A stretch of 64,000 bases of DNA from Lytechinus pictus (GCF_037042905.1 NC_087252.1:17362001-17426000); one strand, 5' to 3'; counted from the first letter of the stretch, positions 39,171-53,343 are shown. Numbers and translations: made by a program. The notes: generated from the sequence alone by a model not told the origin.

Positions 39171-39579
39171 AAGGAGAAAAGAAAAAAAGATGATTAGGGT
39201 TGAGAAGTGTGTCTTATTGTACTCATATCCTGCCCCCTATTCAGAGTACATGACCACGCGACCCAATGAACTATTGTATCTATATTTTGTCTCTTTTCTC
39301 TGAGAGGGGCCTTGAGTGCATTTATTGATTTTTGGGGAGATACTTTGGAATTTTATATAATACCCTTTAGACAAGTTTGGTATTCGCAGGTCAAAAAATG
39401 ACATTCTGTACTTTATAATTATATCTCTATATTTTGTGTCAAAGGTTTATAAATGTTTGACACAAAACCCAATAAACACAACAAGTTACATTATTTGCCA
39501 CTTGCTAAATTTGTAATTTGCTCTATTTCATCTGCAGAATTATGTTTATATACCCACTTAGCATCACATTGTATCTTGT

Positions 39580-40697
39580 ATCTACCTACCTATCTATCTA
39601 TTTATCCATCCATCCACCTATCTATCTATCTCTCTATCTATCTACCTACCTACCTACCTATCTATTTATCCATCCATTCATCTATCTATCTATCTACCTA
39701 CCTACCTATCTATATATCTATATATCTATCTTTCTATCTATCTATCTACCTACGTATATTTCTATCTATCTTTTTTTTATAGCAACCATATACATTTGTA
39801 AATGTTTGCCTATTTTATCTGTCTATTACAAAACTGTTTGCATATACCTTTTCTATCTGTATGTCTGCCTGTAAACTTATTACTATTTTCATTTATCCAT
39901 CTGTCTTTAATTTTATAAATGTTTGAATCGTTATACATGTGTATTATATGTAATTATCTATATTATTATCTCTCTTTATCAACATATTATGTATTTTCAG
40001 CTTCCTGTTGTCTATGTAGTTTATCATTTTTTTTAATAGTTATATGTTCATGTTGATGTCTTTTCTTGTTACCCCCCCCCCAGAAAAAAAAAGAAAGAAT
40101 GAAAGAAAGGAATGAAAAAATAAAATGTAAAGAGAGGGGAAGGGGAAAAAAAATGAAAGGATGGAAGGAAAGATTGAACGAACAAAAAATGATAGAAAGG
40201 GAAAAATTAAGAAAGGACAAAAGAAAGAAAAAAAAAAGAAATAAAGGAGAGAAAGAAGGAACAAATGAAGCATGCAATAGAGAAAGAATGAACGCAAAAC
40301 ATAAAGACAGTACTGAAGGATAAAAAGAAAGAACAAAAACAGAAAGAAAGAAAGGAAGAAATATAAAAGAAAGAAAATGTAACTAAATTGATAGATAGAA
40401 GGAAGAAAAAAAAAGAAAGAAAGAGCAACAGAAATGGATAAAGGAAAGAAAGAAGGAAGCAACAAAAAAAAGTTAAAATGATAGATGAAAGGAAGGAGTG
40501 ATTGTAAGAAGGAAGGGAAATAAGGAAGAAATAAAAAAAGGTAAAATGATAGATAGAAGGAAGGCAAATAATGAAGGAAAGACACAAAGGAAGGAAAGAA
40601 AGCAAGCAAGCAATAAAAACGAAAGAAAGAAAAGGTAAAATGATGGATGAGTGGAAGAAAAAAGAAAGAACGAACGAAAGTAAGAAAGAAAGGAAGG
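39580..40697. repeat. (TATC/TACC)n followed by a GA-rich low-complexity tract
   Basis: Directly visible. Confidence 0.9.
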
Positions 40698-40935
40698 AAT
40701 GTTCTTGTTCATCATCATCCTCAATCTCAATGTCCGAATCTTGGGTAAACTGTTCATCTTCATCGATATTCAACTCACCACCTGTATTGCTATGGGTGGG
40801 ACTGCGTTGAGATGACATGGGCTCATCATGCTCCGACTCCGAATCTGAATCCATGACAAAAGCAGGTGACTCCGAAGAGCCCGCCAGTATAAGTTCACGA
40901 GCTTCATCTACGAAAAATAACCTTCTCGGAGCCAT
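40697..40935 (-). pseudogene. Probable piggyBac transposase N-terminal remnant
   Basis: MAPRRLFFVDEARELILAGSSES...DSDSESE... then an acidic tract, resembling piggyBac transposase N-termini. Runs into a GA-rich tract. A piggyBac-like end TTAA|CTCTTTG lies at 37628. Confidence 0.5.
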
Positions 40936-42081
40936 GATGACTAAAAGAGCTGTAAAAAAACGTGTTTTTCTCCAAAAATTGCAATGTAAATCTATAGTGA
41001 AAACGACCGCATACGAGAGCCTTGTTAGTGTGGATAATTACAAAAGCTGAACGAAAACCGCCACCTCCGGGGATATCAACACAATTCGCACAAATACAAT
41101 GGACTGAATGTTTGAGCGTGAAATGCGAAGTTCGCGCGGCACCGATCGTGCATCGGTGCGAAGTGCGCGTTGAAATAAAGCAACCATTATCTCGCAATGA
41201 ATCTAACAGCAGCTGTTGCAGCAGCTGCAGCGCAGCAGCATCGTAGTAATAGTAACGCGGTGTGAAAAATCAAAAGCATTTAAAAAAAAGGCCGCGAAAA
41301 TTAAAGTGCGAAGCGCAGCAGTGCAAAGCGACAGACAGATAAAAAAAGCGAAAAAAAGAGAAAAAAGTTAGACAGGGCAACAGAGGACGCAGAGATGAGT
41401 GGGAGAAGAGAATGAAAAAAAAACAGAAGAAAGGAAAGTAAAAAAAAGACAAGAAAAAGGTGAATAGAGAAGAAGAGATCAAAAGAACGAGAGAGAAAAG
41501 GAAGAGAGAGAGAGAGAGAGAGAGAGATGAGTAAACGGGGAAATCGAACTAGGGGAAGAAGAGAAAAGATACATTCAGCCCAACATGTTGTAGAGAGCTG
41601 TAACTTATTTTGTAAAAAGAGACAAATACAATTATAATATAATTATGATTTCATGTAATACAACAAGAAAAAGGAAAGTCGAGACATTACATCATGATCC
41701 CCCTATTGTATATTAATGAGGGGTTGCATATAGCTTTTAAAAAAATCGTAATTGTTATCAGACTTTGAGGGAATTTCAGCCTTTTGTTAGTGGAATTTCC
41801 CTCTATTTTCAGCACAGAGCCCCCCTTTAATTGTGGTTTTGGAGAGCCTCAAAACCACCGTCTTAAGCGTGCTCAGGGCCAGGATACTGGAGTTCAACCC
41901 CACCTGGATGATTTAATGCCTGCCGATTAGAAAGTTCTGCGATTCATTGACTTGTATCTGACTGAACCATGGATTTGTCGGGTCGGCCAAAAAAGAAACG
42001 TTACTGGCATTTTCTCTTAAATGACGATATCAATTAATCACCTTTATAATTTTGTCATTCCAGGGCGACGGTGCTGCATAT

Positions 42082-42216
42082 ATGGAATTTAAAAGGACTC
42101 TACATCACTTATTAGTGGTGATACTCATTGCAGCTTTCTTGATGACCATGTTTTACCAGTCGGAGCGTCAGCTTCGTCCAAACCATATAAATGTTCCACC
42201 CACATTTAAGTATAAG
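42082..42216 (+). CDS. NXPE: NXPE-family gene, first coding exon (signal anchor)
   Basis: An acceptor at 42063 implies an upstream UTR exon. ATG 42082 gives MEFKRTLHHLLVVILIAAFLMTMFYQSERQLRPNHINVPPTFKYK. Donor AAG|GTAAAG, phase 0. Confidence 0.75.
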
Positions 42217-42384
42217 GTAAAGTGAACATAATTGATGATACCTCTAATCGTCAGTTAATTGTCCATTGAAATTAAACGAAGAATTCTGGCATAATGCGGT
42301 CCGGGACTCGAAATTATTTTTCCCACCGCAGTTCCGGACCCAAAGTCTACATGATATGAATATTCATGAATTCGAAATAAGAGT

Positions 42385-43075
42385 ACGCATGCGGACAAGC
42401 AAAATTTCGGGGTGTCTCCATCCGTTTTCATCCGCCCCAGACATTGGACAAAACGGATGCGCGATGTATGAAACATGTTTGCTAAGGTACACAACGGATA
42501 CATAACGTTTTCCAGCGGATGACAACACTTTCGTTTACGTTTAAATCCTCTCGCTGCGTCCGTATGTCCAGTGGGAGCAAGCCTTTATAGAACGTATGAA
42601 CTTTCCGCCGGTACGATGTAAATCAGCAACATATACGAGCAACAAATGTTCCATCTCCGTTATCCTCCGTTAAACGTCCGCTGTGTCCTTTCTGCATCCT
42701 CGTAACTCGGATCCACTGAAGATGAGGTACATGGAACGTCTATACATCGCTAGTAGCACGGAAAGAGAAAGTAGGCCTATTATTTTATATAAGCGTATGC
42801 ATCTCGTAAATAAAGTATTCAAAACCCCCGGTAACCCCTTCAGAGCGTCATCCACTTTCTTCCGTTTTCTTCCGCAAGTTTTCCGATGAACAACCGTTTA
42901 ACATCTGCGCTATACTACCCACATCTGTTCTTTTCCGTTAGGTTTTCGCAAATCTTTCGCCAATGTTGTCCATTTCTGGAGCGGATGAAAACGGATGAAG
43001 CCAACCGCAACATTTTGCTTGTCCGCTGGGTCCTTTATGAATACGTTTTGCATTCGTAGGCCAGGGGGACCTGAA
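42385..43075. mobile_element. CG-rich repeat with many ACGG/CCGT motifs, probably Harbinger-derived (NXPE intron)
   Basis: Dense ACGGA/TCCGT subterminal-type motifs and CAGTGGGA-like ends; boundaries approximate. Confidence 0.4.
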
Positions 43076-43476
43076 TGCTCAAATTTAAGAGTGTGAAAAT
43101 TAATTCACATTGTGGTGTGGATCTATACTGTAAATACACTGTGGGACTCTTTTTTTCCCCCAGCTGGGTTTATTATTTAAACCCGTGTGTGTGGGGGTGT
43201 GTGTGTATGTGTATAATGCACAACTGAACAAAAAAAAAATGGAGAAGCTGAAAATCTGGTTGTCGTTCTAAGCGCGGGGGGGGGGGTGGTCTGGGTTCGA
43301 TTAGAAGATACATTTTCGGCCTCACAAAGTTTTTAGAAATTGGAGAGTACCTCTGGTGAACATCGATTAAAGTTACGTCACGGATTGTTCTCCATTTCTT
43401 ACCAAAAGCTGTTGTACATAACACACGCATACATATGTATGTATAATTATATTTCTCTCTTTTATTTGTGATTGAG

Positions 43477-43947
43477 AACTATACAGTATCTAACTTATCA
43501 TCGACTAGTATGAAAAATAAAATGACTTCGTACACGAGCAACGCATATTCCACAGCTCGAATCATCGACCGGAAGGACTCCTACCAGGTCAACGATAGTC
43601 TGAAGATCCTCATCACAGCAATGGACATCAACAACGCCTCGAAGAGCTACGGAGGAGATTACTTCCGGGTTAAACTCTACACCCCAGAAACGAAGTCGTC
43701 CTGGAGCATTGACGTCACGAATGACCTGGGAAATGGATCCTATATAGCTGATGTGACCTTGAGATGGCCTGGGAAGGTGAGCGTGATTGTGACATTGGTG
43801 CACCCGAGTGAAGCAGTTGAGATTCTGCAGAGGACCCGTGTCGTGGAGCCAGGGAAAACAATCTTTACTGGAAGGTACTCGCGAAATCTGAGCTCCGGTT
43901 CGGAAATCTATGAAGATACAATGTGCATTCCCAAAATAATCAATAAT
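43477..43947 (+). CDS. NXPE: NXPE-family gene, coding exon 2 (Ig/filamin-like domain)
   Basis: TS..YSTARI...YQVNDSLKILITAMD...KSYGGDYFRVKL...DLGNGSYIADVTLRWPGKVSVIVTLVHPSEAV matches NXPE motifs (YGGD, D..NG.Y, L.HPSE). Donor AAT|GTGAGT, phase 0. The 5' boundary is uncertain (in-frame acceptor is GAG). Confidence 0.9.
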
Positions 43948-44864
43948 GTGAGTTATCAAGATTGATCAAGATTTCAAGGTTAATTAAAAACATGAATGTC
44001 TAATAAAAAATATGCACTGTTCACTCCAGAAGGAGCTATTATGCACTCTTAAAAGATGTACATCTCACTCTAAAGGGACTGGTCCCCCATCTCACTCTCA
44101 GAGGAGTGAGATTCGGGACCAGCTCAGCTCTTTTGCAATTTAGAGTGTATGAAATTATATGAATATGTCATATATATGTACTTCAAAATCAATTGAGTAT
44201 TATAAAAGGAAAGGTGTTTTTAATTTTTAATGGATATCAAATTATAGGCCTATATAACTGAAGTAGATTGGTCTAAATTAGGTACTAAGGATAATAATCA
44301 TGATAATAAAGATTACATGAAATAGTGAGCCGAATAATTGGAATACCTTAAATAGTTAAACATGGCGAAATGTAGTGAGATAAACAATAACTACGGAATA
44401 CCTTTAACATGCAAAACAGGCTTATGCTCTTTGAATAATTCATATCCCATTACATGATTATGGATCAGAGCTGCTCGTTTATGACGTCATAATATAAAAA
44501 TAAATACAAAAAAGGTTACCCCTTACGTTAATCTTTGAGTTGAGGGATTTTAATGCAATCTTCACCAGTATATTGCTCTATTTTTTCTGATTTTTATCAA
44601 AACCAACTTTTAGTCATGCAGGGTTTACTTTGATATTCTAAATATCATTCAAAATATTATTCATAATGTATTTTTTTTTCATTTATTTATTTATTTACTT
44701 AATAATAATAATAATAATCATTATAATCATTTTTTTTTCTGGGGGGGGGGGGGATAAAAGCATTCACAGTCAGGAGTAATAAATCTTGTAACCATGAACA
44801 TACCCATACCGTACAACATTACCTTTATGTTTCGCGTTCCTTCTCCCAAACCTGTACAATACAG

Positions 44865-45037
44865 AGATCGTTGTGCAACTTCACAGATGGGCGAACGGGC
44901 TATCCATGGTTCTGCGTAGCGCCCTCCAATAAAAATCTGTCATGCGATGACTGGAAGCGATACGCAACAGATAACAAACTATCCCAAAAATTCACCATGA
45001 ATGCATTAAGCAAAGAAGAGGAAAAAGTCTTCAAAGT
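44865..45037 (+). CDS. NXPE: NXPE-family gene, coding exon 3
   Basis: ACAG| phase 0. Reads RSLCNFTDGRTGYPWFCVAPSNKNLSCDDW...EEEKVFK (NXPE LCNFTD..TG.PWFC..P...L.C motif). Donor GT|GTAAGT, phase 2. Not in the ORF track. Confidence 0.92.
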
Positions 45038-45371
45038 GTAAGTTTGATATTTTATAAATATTTTGTTTTAAAAAGTGTATGTAATACTTTATAATGCTCC
45101 TCCTATTCCAAAAATCGTGTATTTTTATTATTATTATCATTATTATTGTTGTTGTTTTATATATTTGATATATTCTGCACACAGTGTGTGGAATTCTAAG
45201 CGCGCTCAAAAGTGCAAAGATCACTTCCTGGAGAACGGTTGTGCACTTACGCAAAACCAGTTGACGAAACAAGTCGATCTGAAGATATCTTCAGAGACCG
45301 CTTCGAGCTTTCTCAATTCACGTGAATCCAGTTTTCAATAAACTCGTTTTAGGACGGTAATTAGAACGGGG

Positions 45372-45597
45372 CATTGGCGACGGAAGCAAACAAATTTAGT
45401 AAAAAATTGGACAAGAAAAAAACAGTTATCAACCAAAATTCAAGGGGGGTCCACCTAAAATTTAGGGATGGACACAGGTAAAAAAATGGACAAGCAAAAA
45501 AAAGGGTAACAACATAAATTTTAGGAGGGGGGGGGGGTCCGTCCCCACCTCAAATTTAGGGGGGACAGGACCCCCACCCCCGCTTCCACCGCCTATG
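45372..45597. mobile_element. hAT-type MITE
   Basis: 8-bp TSD GAACGGGG; termini CATTGGCGACGGAAGC / GCTTCCACCGCCTATG. Confidence 0.75.
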
Positions 45598-45681
45598 GAA
45601 CGGGGTCATATTCTTACCACGCACATCCATTCACGTTTATGAGCTCAAACCCTTCCTCTCGCGCAAACGCACCCTCCCCAT

Positions 45682-45883
45682 CACTGGCGAATCCAGGCCC
45701 GGCCACAGCCGGTCCGTGCCCCACCCTTTTGAGAGGCCCATTAAAACATTTGTAATGTAATAATGCCGTTAAAACAGAAGTGTGCACCCCCCCCCTTTGA
45801 AAGTGAAGACATTTTTTCCCCTTTTTTTTCCTCATGAAAATGCGCTCCCCCCCCCCCTTTTGAAAATCCTGGATCCGCCGCTG
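45682..45883. mobile_element. hAT-type MITE
   Basis: 8-bp TSD CTCCCCAT; termini CACTGGCGAATCCAGG / CCTGGATCCGCCGCTG. Relative at ~36264-36475. Confidence 0.75.
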
Positions 45884-47307
45884 CTCCCCATTTCTTTACC
45901 CTTTTTTTCAGATTCAAGAGTTTTCAAATCCCATCTATCGAAGCCGCTTGCCCATAATTCCCTTCATTTTCTTACATACACACCCTGACACACACAATCC
46001 CACCCTCGTACACCCACACACGAACACAAATAAATTTCGATCACATAGGCATACATGGACGCTCCCACCTTTACATAACAGCTTTACTAATACACACACA
46101 TACACACCCTCACAGGCGTTTCACCTCCCACCCAACCAAAAAAAAACCAAAACACATACACACACACGCACACACTGCGTATGGACAACAGTCAAGCACA
46201 CACCGCAACCCATACTCCCATGCATATGCATATACACTGTTGAATCTATCCGACGTGAATAAACGCCGGCCCAAAATGCATATGCAAAGTTGACTAGAAA
46301 CATCGCTCATTAAAACTATTTTTTTAAACAAAACCCACAATTTTTAGAAACATGTTTGTCCTTAATAATAATTTTCACAATTTAATCTACAGTATTTCGA
46401 TTTATACAAAATAATTTCCTAATTTTTTTCAACTGGTGTAAAATGGGCTGTCGCCGCATTGTGTTCCGAAAAAAATGCTACCAAAAGGCCTAGAAACCGA
46501 GAAGTGCTGATATTTTGATGGTGAAAATACAACCATTATGTGTTGTTATTATTCTTTCGGTTTTTATTCCAATCAAAGGGGTATTATATAATTACATCTC
46601 TCTTTTTATATACTATTCTTCCTTTTTATCTACCCTTATTTTTTAAAATTTTACTCTGTATGCTTCTATTTATGTTTCTTGTCATTTATTTGATATTGTT
46701 ATTTTTAGTTCGTTACATTTTGAAAATAGCTGAAAAGGAAATCAATCAATCTTAAATCGAAATTTAGATAAGATTTAAGACTCTGTGTACCCCCCCCCAC
46801 ACACACACACTCTTTCTTCTGGCGCCGTTCCGGGTTATTATAAATTTCAGGGGCCTGGGAACGATTTCCTAAGAGGTGGTTCTAGTTTCTTTAAAAAATG
46901 GCAAGGAAAGAGAGCGGAGATTTTCTCACCAGAATGAAGTTAAATTATTCTAAACCCCTCAGAAAAGAAAAGAAAATGTGACTGTCATGGTGACCATGGA
47001 TATATTACCGGTTGAAGAATATTATTTGTTAATCGGTTATAATATAATTTCCAGTAGGGGCTCAGAGTTCACAGGACGAGTTTGCTCATAATTTACCCAG
47101 TTCAAAATAATAATAACAATTATGATAATAACACTAATAATAATAATAGTCATAATAATAATGATTGCAAAATCGTATTATAAATGACTTCGAGGAGCTG
47201 TCTTGACGCTCACTAAATTCACTCACACACAAACGAGCGTACACAAATCTATGCTAAATCTTTAATCTCTTAAGGAAAATAATTTTCATCGTATTTTTCA
47301 TTTTTAG

Positions 47308-47366
47308 ATATAAGCTGCCAATAACAAATCCACCACTTCCATTGGATGTCAAAGGCGATATTGATA
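47308..47366 (+). CDS. NXPE: NXPE-family gene, coding exon 4 (59-nt linker)
   Basis: TTTTCATTTTTAG| acceptor, reads (V)YKLPITNPPLPLDVKGDID, donor A|GTAAGT. Converts phase 2 to phase 1 exactly as needed to join the flanking exons. Confidence 0.8.
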
Positions 47367-47631
47367 GTAAGTACACCAACTTGAAATGAAAAGTCATATC
47401 GTTATAAAAAAAAGTAATGAATACGCTTATAAGAGGCATAAATAAATGAAGGATAGGTTTTCGCACATTGATGTGTCTTTTGTGGTAATCTCATTTCTGT
47501 TTCATTTTTATTCCGCTTGGTATTCATTATAGTCCTTACTACGCATATTATACAGACAGTACACGTTTGGGAAGACCGGGGACAAATGTAACAGAGGCTC
47601 CCATTGCTAGCAGTAACAAGCTACAAGGATA

Positions 47632-47826
47632 CACTCTTAAAATGTTAGGAAACATACTGTCCACACAGCAATTGGTTAAAAATGTATCCCACTCTGGGTA
47701 GTTTTCAACCAATATTGTGTAGTTTTCACCCAAAGCACACATTATTGGTTTTAAACTACTCATAATTGGATAAAGTTTAAACCAATTGTTGTGTGGACAC
47801 TATGTTGCCTAACATTTTTAAGAGTG
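47632..47826. mobile_element. CACTC-type MITE
   Basis: CACTCTTAAAATGTTAGG...CCTAACATTTTTAAGAGTG inverted termini. Confidence 0.7.
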
Positions 47827-48379
47827 TCAGCTTTTTTTTAGAGAGCATGCTCATTTTGTCGCTCCACATGCTATTCGTTCGAGCGTAATCAAATATAGCG
47901 GTTCGTGGAACTTTCTACAGCAAAATAACATTTTTTTTAAGTAGAAAAGTAATGGGTCCGCTCTGATCTCGAAATTGAAAGCATTACGCAATTAACTCCT
48001 CTGATTGGAGCCGCAGCTCAGCGCGCGCTAGCTAGCCCAGGCTGCCCAGCAAAGATCGGCAATGTTGTTTTTTCAGTCCAGGTCGGTCGACACGGCGACT
48101 CACAACAATCATAATTACAATATTCAATTCTATGGGACCTCGTCTATAAAGTAATCAAAATTGAAATAAATACCAGGATAATGATACAGTCAATTTTTTC
48201 TTCTTGTATATCTCCATATTATTTCCTTCTGTTTTTGTATTTCTACATTTTCCCCAAGTCAACCATCAAAGTGATAACTGAAAACCACAGCTTTTATCCA
48301 ATCTTTGACTTGGAATATTCTTTGACGAACGATACTGAATACAGAAGAGGAAATGATAAATACATGGGGCTAAACACAG

Positions 48380-49260
48380 ATTAGCTCCATGGTTAAAACA
48401 TGGGCAAAACAAGGTTTCCAGCCCAGTCACTGCCCAATACAGAACACATTTTCACAGTGTGTCCTATGGTTAAAAAGTGCTAGAGATGCCTGTTGAAGGT
48501 AAACCAGCATGGAGACAGTTGCAGAAGTCCAGTCTAGAGGTTATCCGGTCATGGATGATATTTTCTGCACCACCTCATGTAAGATCATGTCTGATGTCAG
48601 CAATTCTGTGGAGCAGGTAATATGCAGATTGGCAGACATGTGATGTGTGTTTCTTCATGCTCATTGTTCTCTCAAAGACTACGCCAAGAGATCTAGCCTT
48701 GCATACTGGAGATATATAGCTTCCTCACCTATTAAGACTGGAGTTTTAGTCATAATAATAACGCATATATGGAGATGACAGAACAAGATACTTCGCTTTT
48801 TATCGTTAAGCTCCAGGAAGTTGACCTTCATCCAACATCAAATCCTCAATGCCAGCACCAACAACAGTAGCTGCACGAACCTCTGTATATTTACCTTTTG
48901 GATCAAAAGTGAGGTATACAGCTGGATGTCATCAGCGTAGAAGTGTATACCTAGACCATGTTGCCACATTACAGAGCCAAGAGGAGTGGTGTACAGTTTG
49001 ATGAACAAGGGACAAGGACAGACTCCCAAGGAACTCCATATCAAAGGGTAGTCACATGAGACTGCATGCCAGTGATGAATACAACTTCATACAGCTCTGT
49101 TGGCAAGGTAAGAGGAAACCTGCCATTGGAGTGCAGAATCATCAATTCCAAAACAGACTGTCAGTCTCCCAAGAAGAATGACATGTTCACTGGTATCAAA
49201 ACTGGTTGACAAGTCAAACATAACTTAGGCAACTGCTTTCCTCATAGAAAGAGAAATCCT
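48380..49260 (-). mobile_element. Degenerate L2/CR1-type LINE reverse transcriptase
   Basis: Minus strand PLFIKLYTTPLGSVMWQHGLGIHFYADDIQLY (YADD), with a GVP.G.V remnant upstream; many disablements. Confidence 0.85.
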
Positions 49261-49967
49261 GGCTCTACAATCGAAGAAATTCTCGACCTAGACTTTGATG
49301 GTGATATCTCAGACTCGCATGCAGCCTATCAGAGTTGGGTAAGCTATTGGATGCTGTTGGGTTTAATACCGATCAAAACAAGTGGATTAATAATCACCTA
49401 CAGGAACGCCAAACATGCCAGGAACCCACCATCCTCTGAAAGATATCTTCGTTATCAATTTGAAATAGTCTATCTTTTGAAGATATGAAGATGTGTGAAT
49501 ATTAGAAGTTCGATAAATGGCCTAGAATACATTGCACAATTCACTGCGGTATTGAAAAGGTGCACTCCGAGCATTTTAACACCTGAAACAAGATCTGGTT
49601 AGACAGCAGATTCTCTCTCAAGACAAAAGTTTAGGTTTTCTCTATGGATCTGTGACATGAGAATCGGACTAATCTCAAGAACACAAACACGATGACTTCG
49701 ATACGAACTGCCTCCGCAGAATACTCGTACTAAATTGGTTTGATTTCAACAATTAGAGATGATTTTTATAATATGAGGCTGCCCTATCAATCAAGCCATC
49801 CAATGGAACACCAAATCGATGATAACTGACAATGATCATTCAACACCCCGAAGGTAAAGGTGTATATATCAAGCTGGGGGAAGCTGGATGCCTCTAAGTT
49901 GGATGAAGCGGCAATCCTTGATAGGACAGGTGCAGTACTGCATTGGAAAATATATATTATGGAGATG

Positions 49968-51221
49968 CACATGTAATCCGTTAATGAAGTCCAATTATAA
50001 AAAATTGTTATTAAAAGGATATGCAGTGACTTATTCGTTGTGGAACTTTAGAACATCACAGTCTGGCTTTTAAAACACGGAAAACGGTCTAATTGATAGG
50101 CAAAATGAGAAATTAGATGGATTATATGTGGCTTCAGTTCTGAGAATTTTTTCAATATTGGGACAATTTGATGAGCGTAATGGAGAAAAACACAGGACAT
50201 CTCATTTTCAGCAGACGGTTTTCACTTCATTTTGCTGAAGAAAAACACACTAAATATATGTACATGTATGTGTGATCAGATTATGTTGGTCGGGAACATA
50301 ACTAATCCAAAGGATATTAAATGCAAGTGATTGACTATTAGGAGTTGAGAATTACAGTACTGTTATGATTCAAATTTAATAATTCATCATCTGAGAATTG
50401 TAAATATGAATGAATTGATTGATATCATAATTCAAGATACCATTTTATAATAAAAATATAAGCAATTGAGCAAGTGACATTCGCTTGAATACAGATAGGT
50501 TCATGAAATTCGTTGGATCTCCACCAGTGTGCTTTTAAATGAGAAAGTCATCCGTGCAGGAGTTTACCTTTGTATGCTGATGTGGGTGTGGGAGTGGGTG
50601 CATCTGTTTATGCCCATGGATATATGCGAATAAAAAAGTGATTACATAATTAAATCATTGAAGCTAATTATTTTCTGCCATTGATAATCAGTAATTTGAC
50701 AGATCCCATAACAAAACATGTACAAAACAAAAGGGTACAAAATACAACGAAATACATAAGAAATTCAAAAAACAATAAAATACATTATTATTCACTGTGA
50801 TATAATATTTTAGGGCCGTACAATTATTTATAATGATGTAAATGCTATTTGTACCAAAAATGTAATTATTTGAGCTAAAATTATCAAATTGTAGCATAAT
50901 GATCCAAATTATGCATAAATTTGCATTATTAATTAGCCACAAACAAAAATAACAAGTTTTCCCGAAAGGTACACGTATGTATGCAGGATTTTGCAGTATT
51001 CATGTCTGTGAAAGCGAATATAATTAAAGAACATTGTCGAAATAATATTCTGAATTGTCAATTTGGCAGCCATTTTGTTTTTGCAAATTAGGTGGTCAAA
51101 ACATGAGAAATTAGCTTGGGAACCGATCTTATCAGATTCAGCATATTTGAATTGTGTGAAATAGTCCGGTTTCCAACTTTTACCCCAAAATATATAGGCC
51201 TCTTTTTCCAGAATTAGACTA
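49968..51221. mobile_element. Dispersed repeat, copy 2 (NXPE intron)
   Basis: Starts CACATGTAATCCGTTA.TGAAGTCCAAT like 30833; ends TTCCAGAATTAGACTA. Confidence 0.6.
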
Positions 51222-53343
51222 GACCAGCTTAGCATGTCTTCAAAAAAGGGCAGCTAACACTCTGACCTGACGGCACGCTCTATCAGGTCATGACCTAATT
51301 TGGTAATCCAATAAGCAAACAACTGTCTCACTGCCGTGCACCGCAAATCCCTCGAGCTCAAACAGCGAGCGTTGCCGTGGAAACAGGCTCGACTCGCCCC
51401 ACTCCAAGTCATAAAGCATTCCTTTCTCTACCACGTGGCCTATCACTCGCTCCTTGCCAGACATGATTATGCAATGTATTCTGGCTTCTGTTTACATTCT
51501 CCGAACACATCCCCTCCCCCCTCTCTCTCTCCCCTCTCCCAGTCGAAAAACATTCCTTTCTCTGACTGCGCTGCACTGGCGCTCCTTTGAAAGAGCAACT
51601 CGATTTATTATGTCGAACTGTCTCAGTCCTGTTCACAATACAAAAATACGCCGGCATTTTTTAAAAGGAAATATCTACGTCTCTAAAAGAATCCGCCACG
51701 TAAGAAGCACATGATCCTAACTCAATTTTCATTTTTAATGTTTTTATTATGCGTCGTTACTTCTCCCTTTTTCGTATGACGGTCTGCGGGTTTGAGAATG
51801 AACTCGGCCCGGCCCGCAACCCGCGATCGGGGGCATTGTTTTCTTCTGGACAAATATGTAGCTATATTGGTCATTTTTATATGTTTAGAAAATATGTTCT
51901 TCGGCCTGTATTTGACTAATACCCATGATAGGATAGAAAAAAAAATATTTCCAAATGTGGCCACCCTCCTCGGGGGCAGATGTAACACCATGTTACAATT
52001 GTCCCTGGCTCTTATAAACATTTAAAACTAAAGCTAAGAAAATATAATTGCATAACTCGAGATGTCAATCATTTATTCGGTTTACAAAGAGAAGGAAGCC
52101 TTCAAGGCTACCATATACATGTATAAGTTTAGAAATAAGGTCTACATAACTTTGAACATATATATATGAATTTTGCATAATAAAGTTTGTATATCATTTG
52201 TTTAATTGTAATCAGAACCCTAAGTGTTTTGGTGTTTTTTCAGTTTTTCATATACGAGGAGAGAATACTAATGTAGGTTCTTCTAATATAAAAATTGTAA
52301 TCTGAGTATAGGCTAATTAGAAATAAAAGCACAGCGCAGGGGTAGCCTCATCGATAAAACATGAGAACGTTTTGTCAATCATAATGCTTTGTTTACAAAG
52401 AAAATGGGAGCCTTTTCTATAAGCTCAGACATGAGAAATAATAATTTTTCATATATATTTCCAATAGATATGATTATATTTATTACAATAAAATCAAACT
52501 CGCAGCAAAAGGCTGAATTACATGCATTTGTACGGGGTAATAGTTCAGTATATATACAATCACGTTATAAAAATACCTTATACCCGTATGTTAGGCATTG
52601 ATTACCCAGTATATAAAGAGATGGAAAATTAAAGGGAGGGTATTGAAAAAGGGAGCATGTCTTTCATACAAATGATATCTGAATAAAACAGTAATTGCGG
52701 ATTTGGTAAGTTTGTCATTAAGGTAAAGAAATATCGATTCTGTCCGAAAAAGTGGCATATTTTGCTTTGTTTTAGACAAAGCTTTCGTTTCCCAATCTTT
52801 CAAAAATAAAATCACTTTATTAGGAAGAGAAAACATTAAAGTTTAAAAGCACAATGTATAGTGCTTTACCACAGTCGTCCATTTCAAGATATGCTGGGTA
52901 GGTACATACTAATTATTTATAGTAGATACAGAACCAAAATAGAAATGATACATCTATAGGGTGAAGCCACAACAACCTTTTAAAAAAGGGTATAACGTTC
53001 CCCATAATAGTAGCAAGTGGAAAATTTTTATATAAATGAGTCAAGCATTGTCAAGTATTATCATTCACAGGGCTAATGCTGTTGAAAATTAAATATCAAA
53101 ATTGATGCATCTGTCAAATGAAAAAAAAACCTTGATAAAGAAAACTAACTGTTACAATTCCATGTGTAATTGTAACAGTTGTAAGAATATAATTACCCCG
53201 TGTTGTGGGGCAGTTGTAACTATTGACCTCTTGTTTTCAAATAATAGCTTACAATTATTGTATAACTTAACCCAAACCTATTCATATGCCAAGCCAGCAT
53301 ATGAATCTTTCGTTTTGTTTAGGTTTGAGCAGGTATCTAGCTT

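Noticed and set aside
40040..40763. Long F/L/S- or K/E/R-rich ORFs (also 35659-36124, 11458-11711, 39453-39874, 13982-14766)
   Set aside because: Translations of low-complexity or microsatellite DNA.
45175..45290. Cys-containing open stretch as an extra NXPE exon
   Set aside because: No recognisable NXPE motif, weak donor, and phases already close without it.
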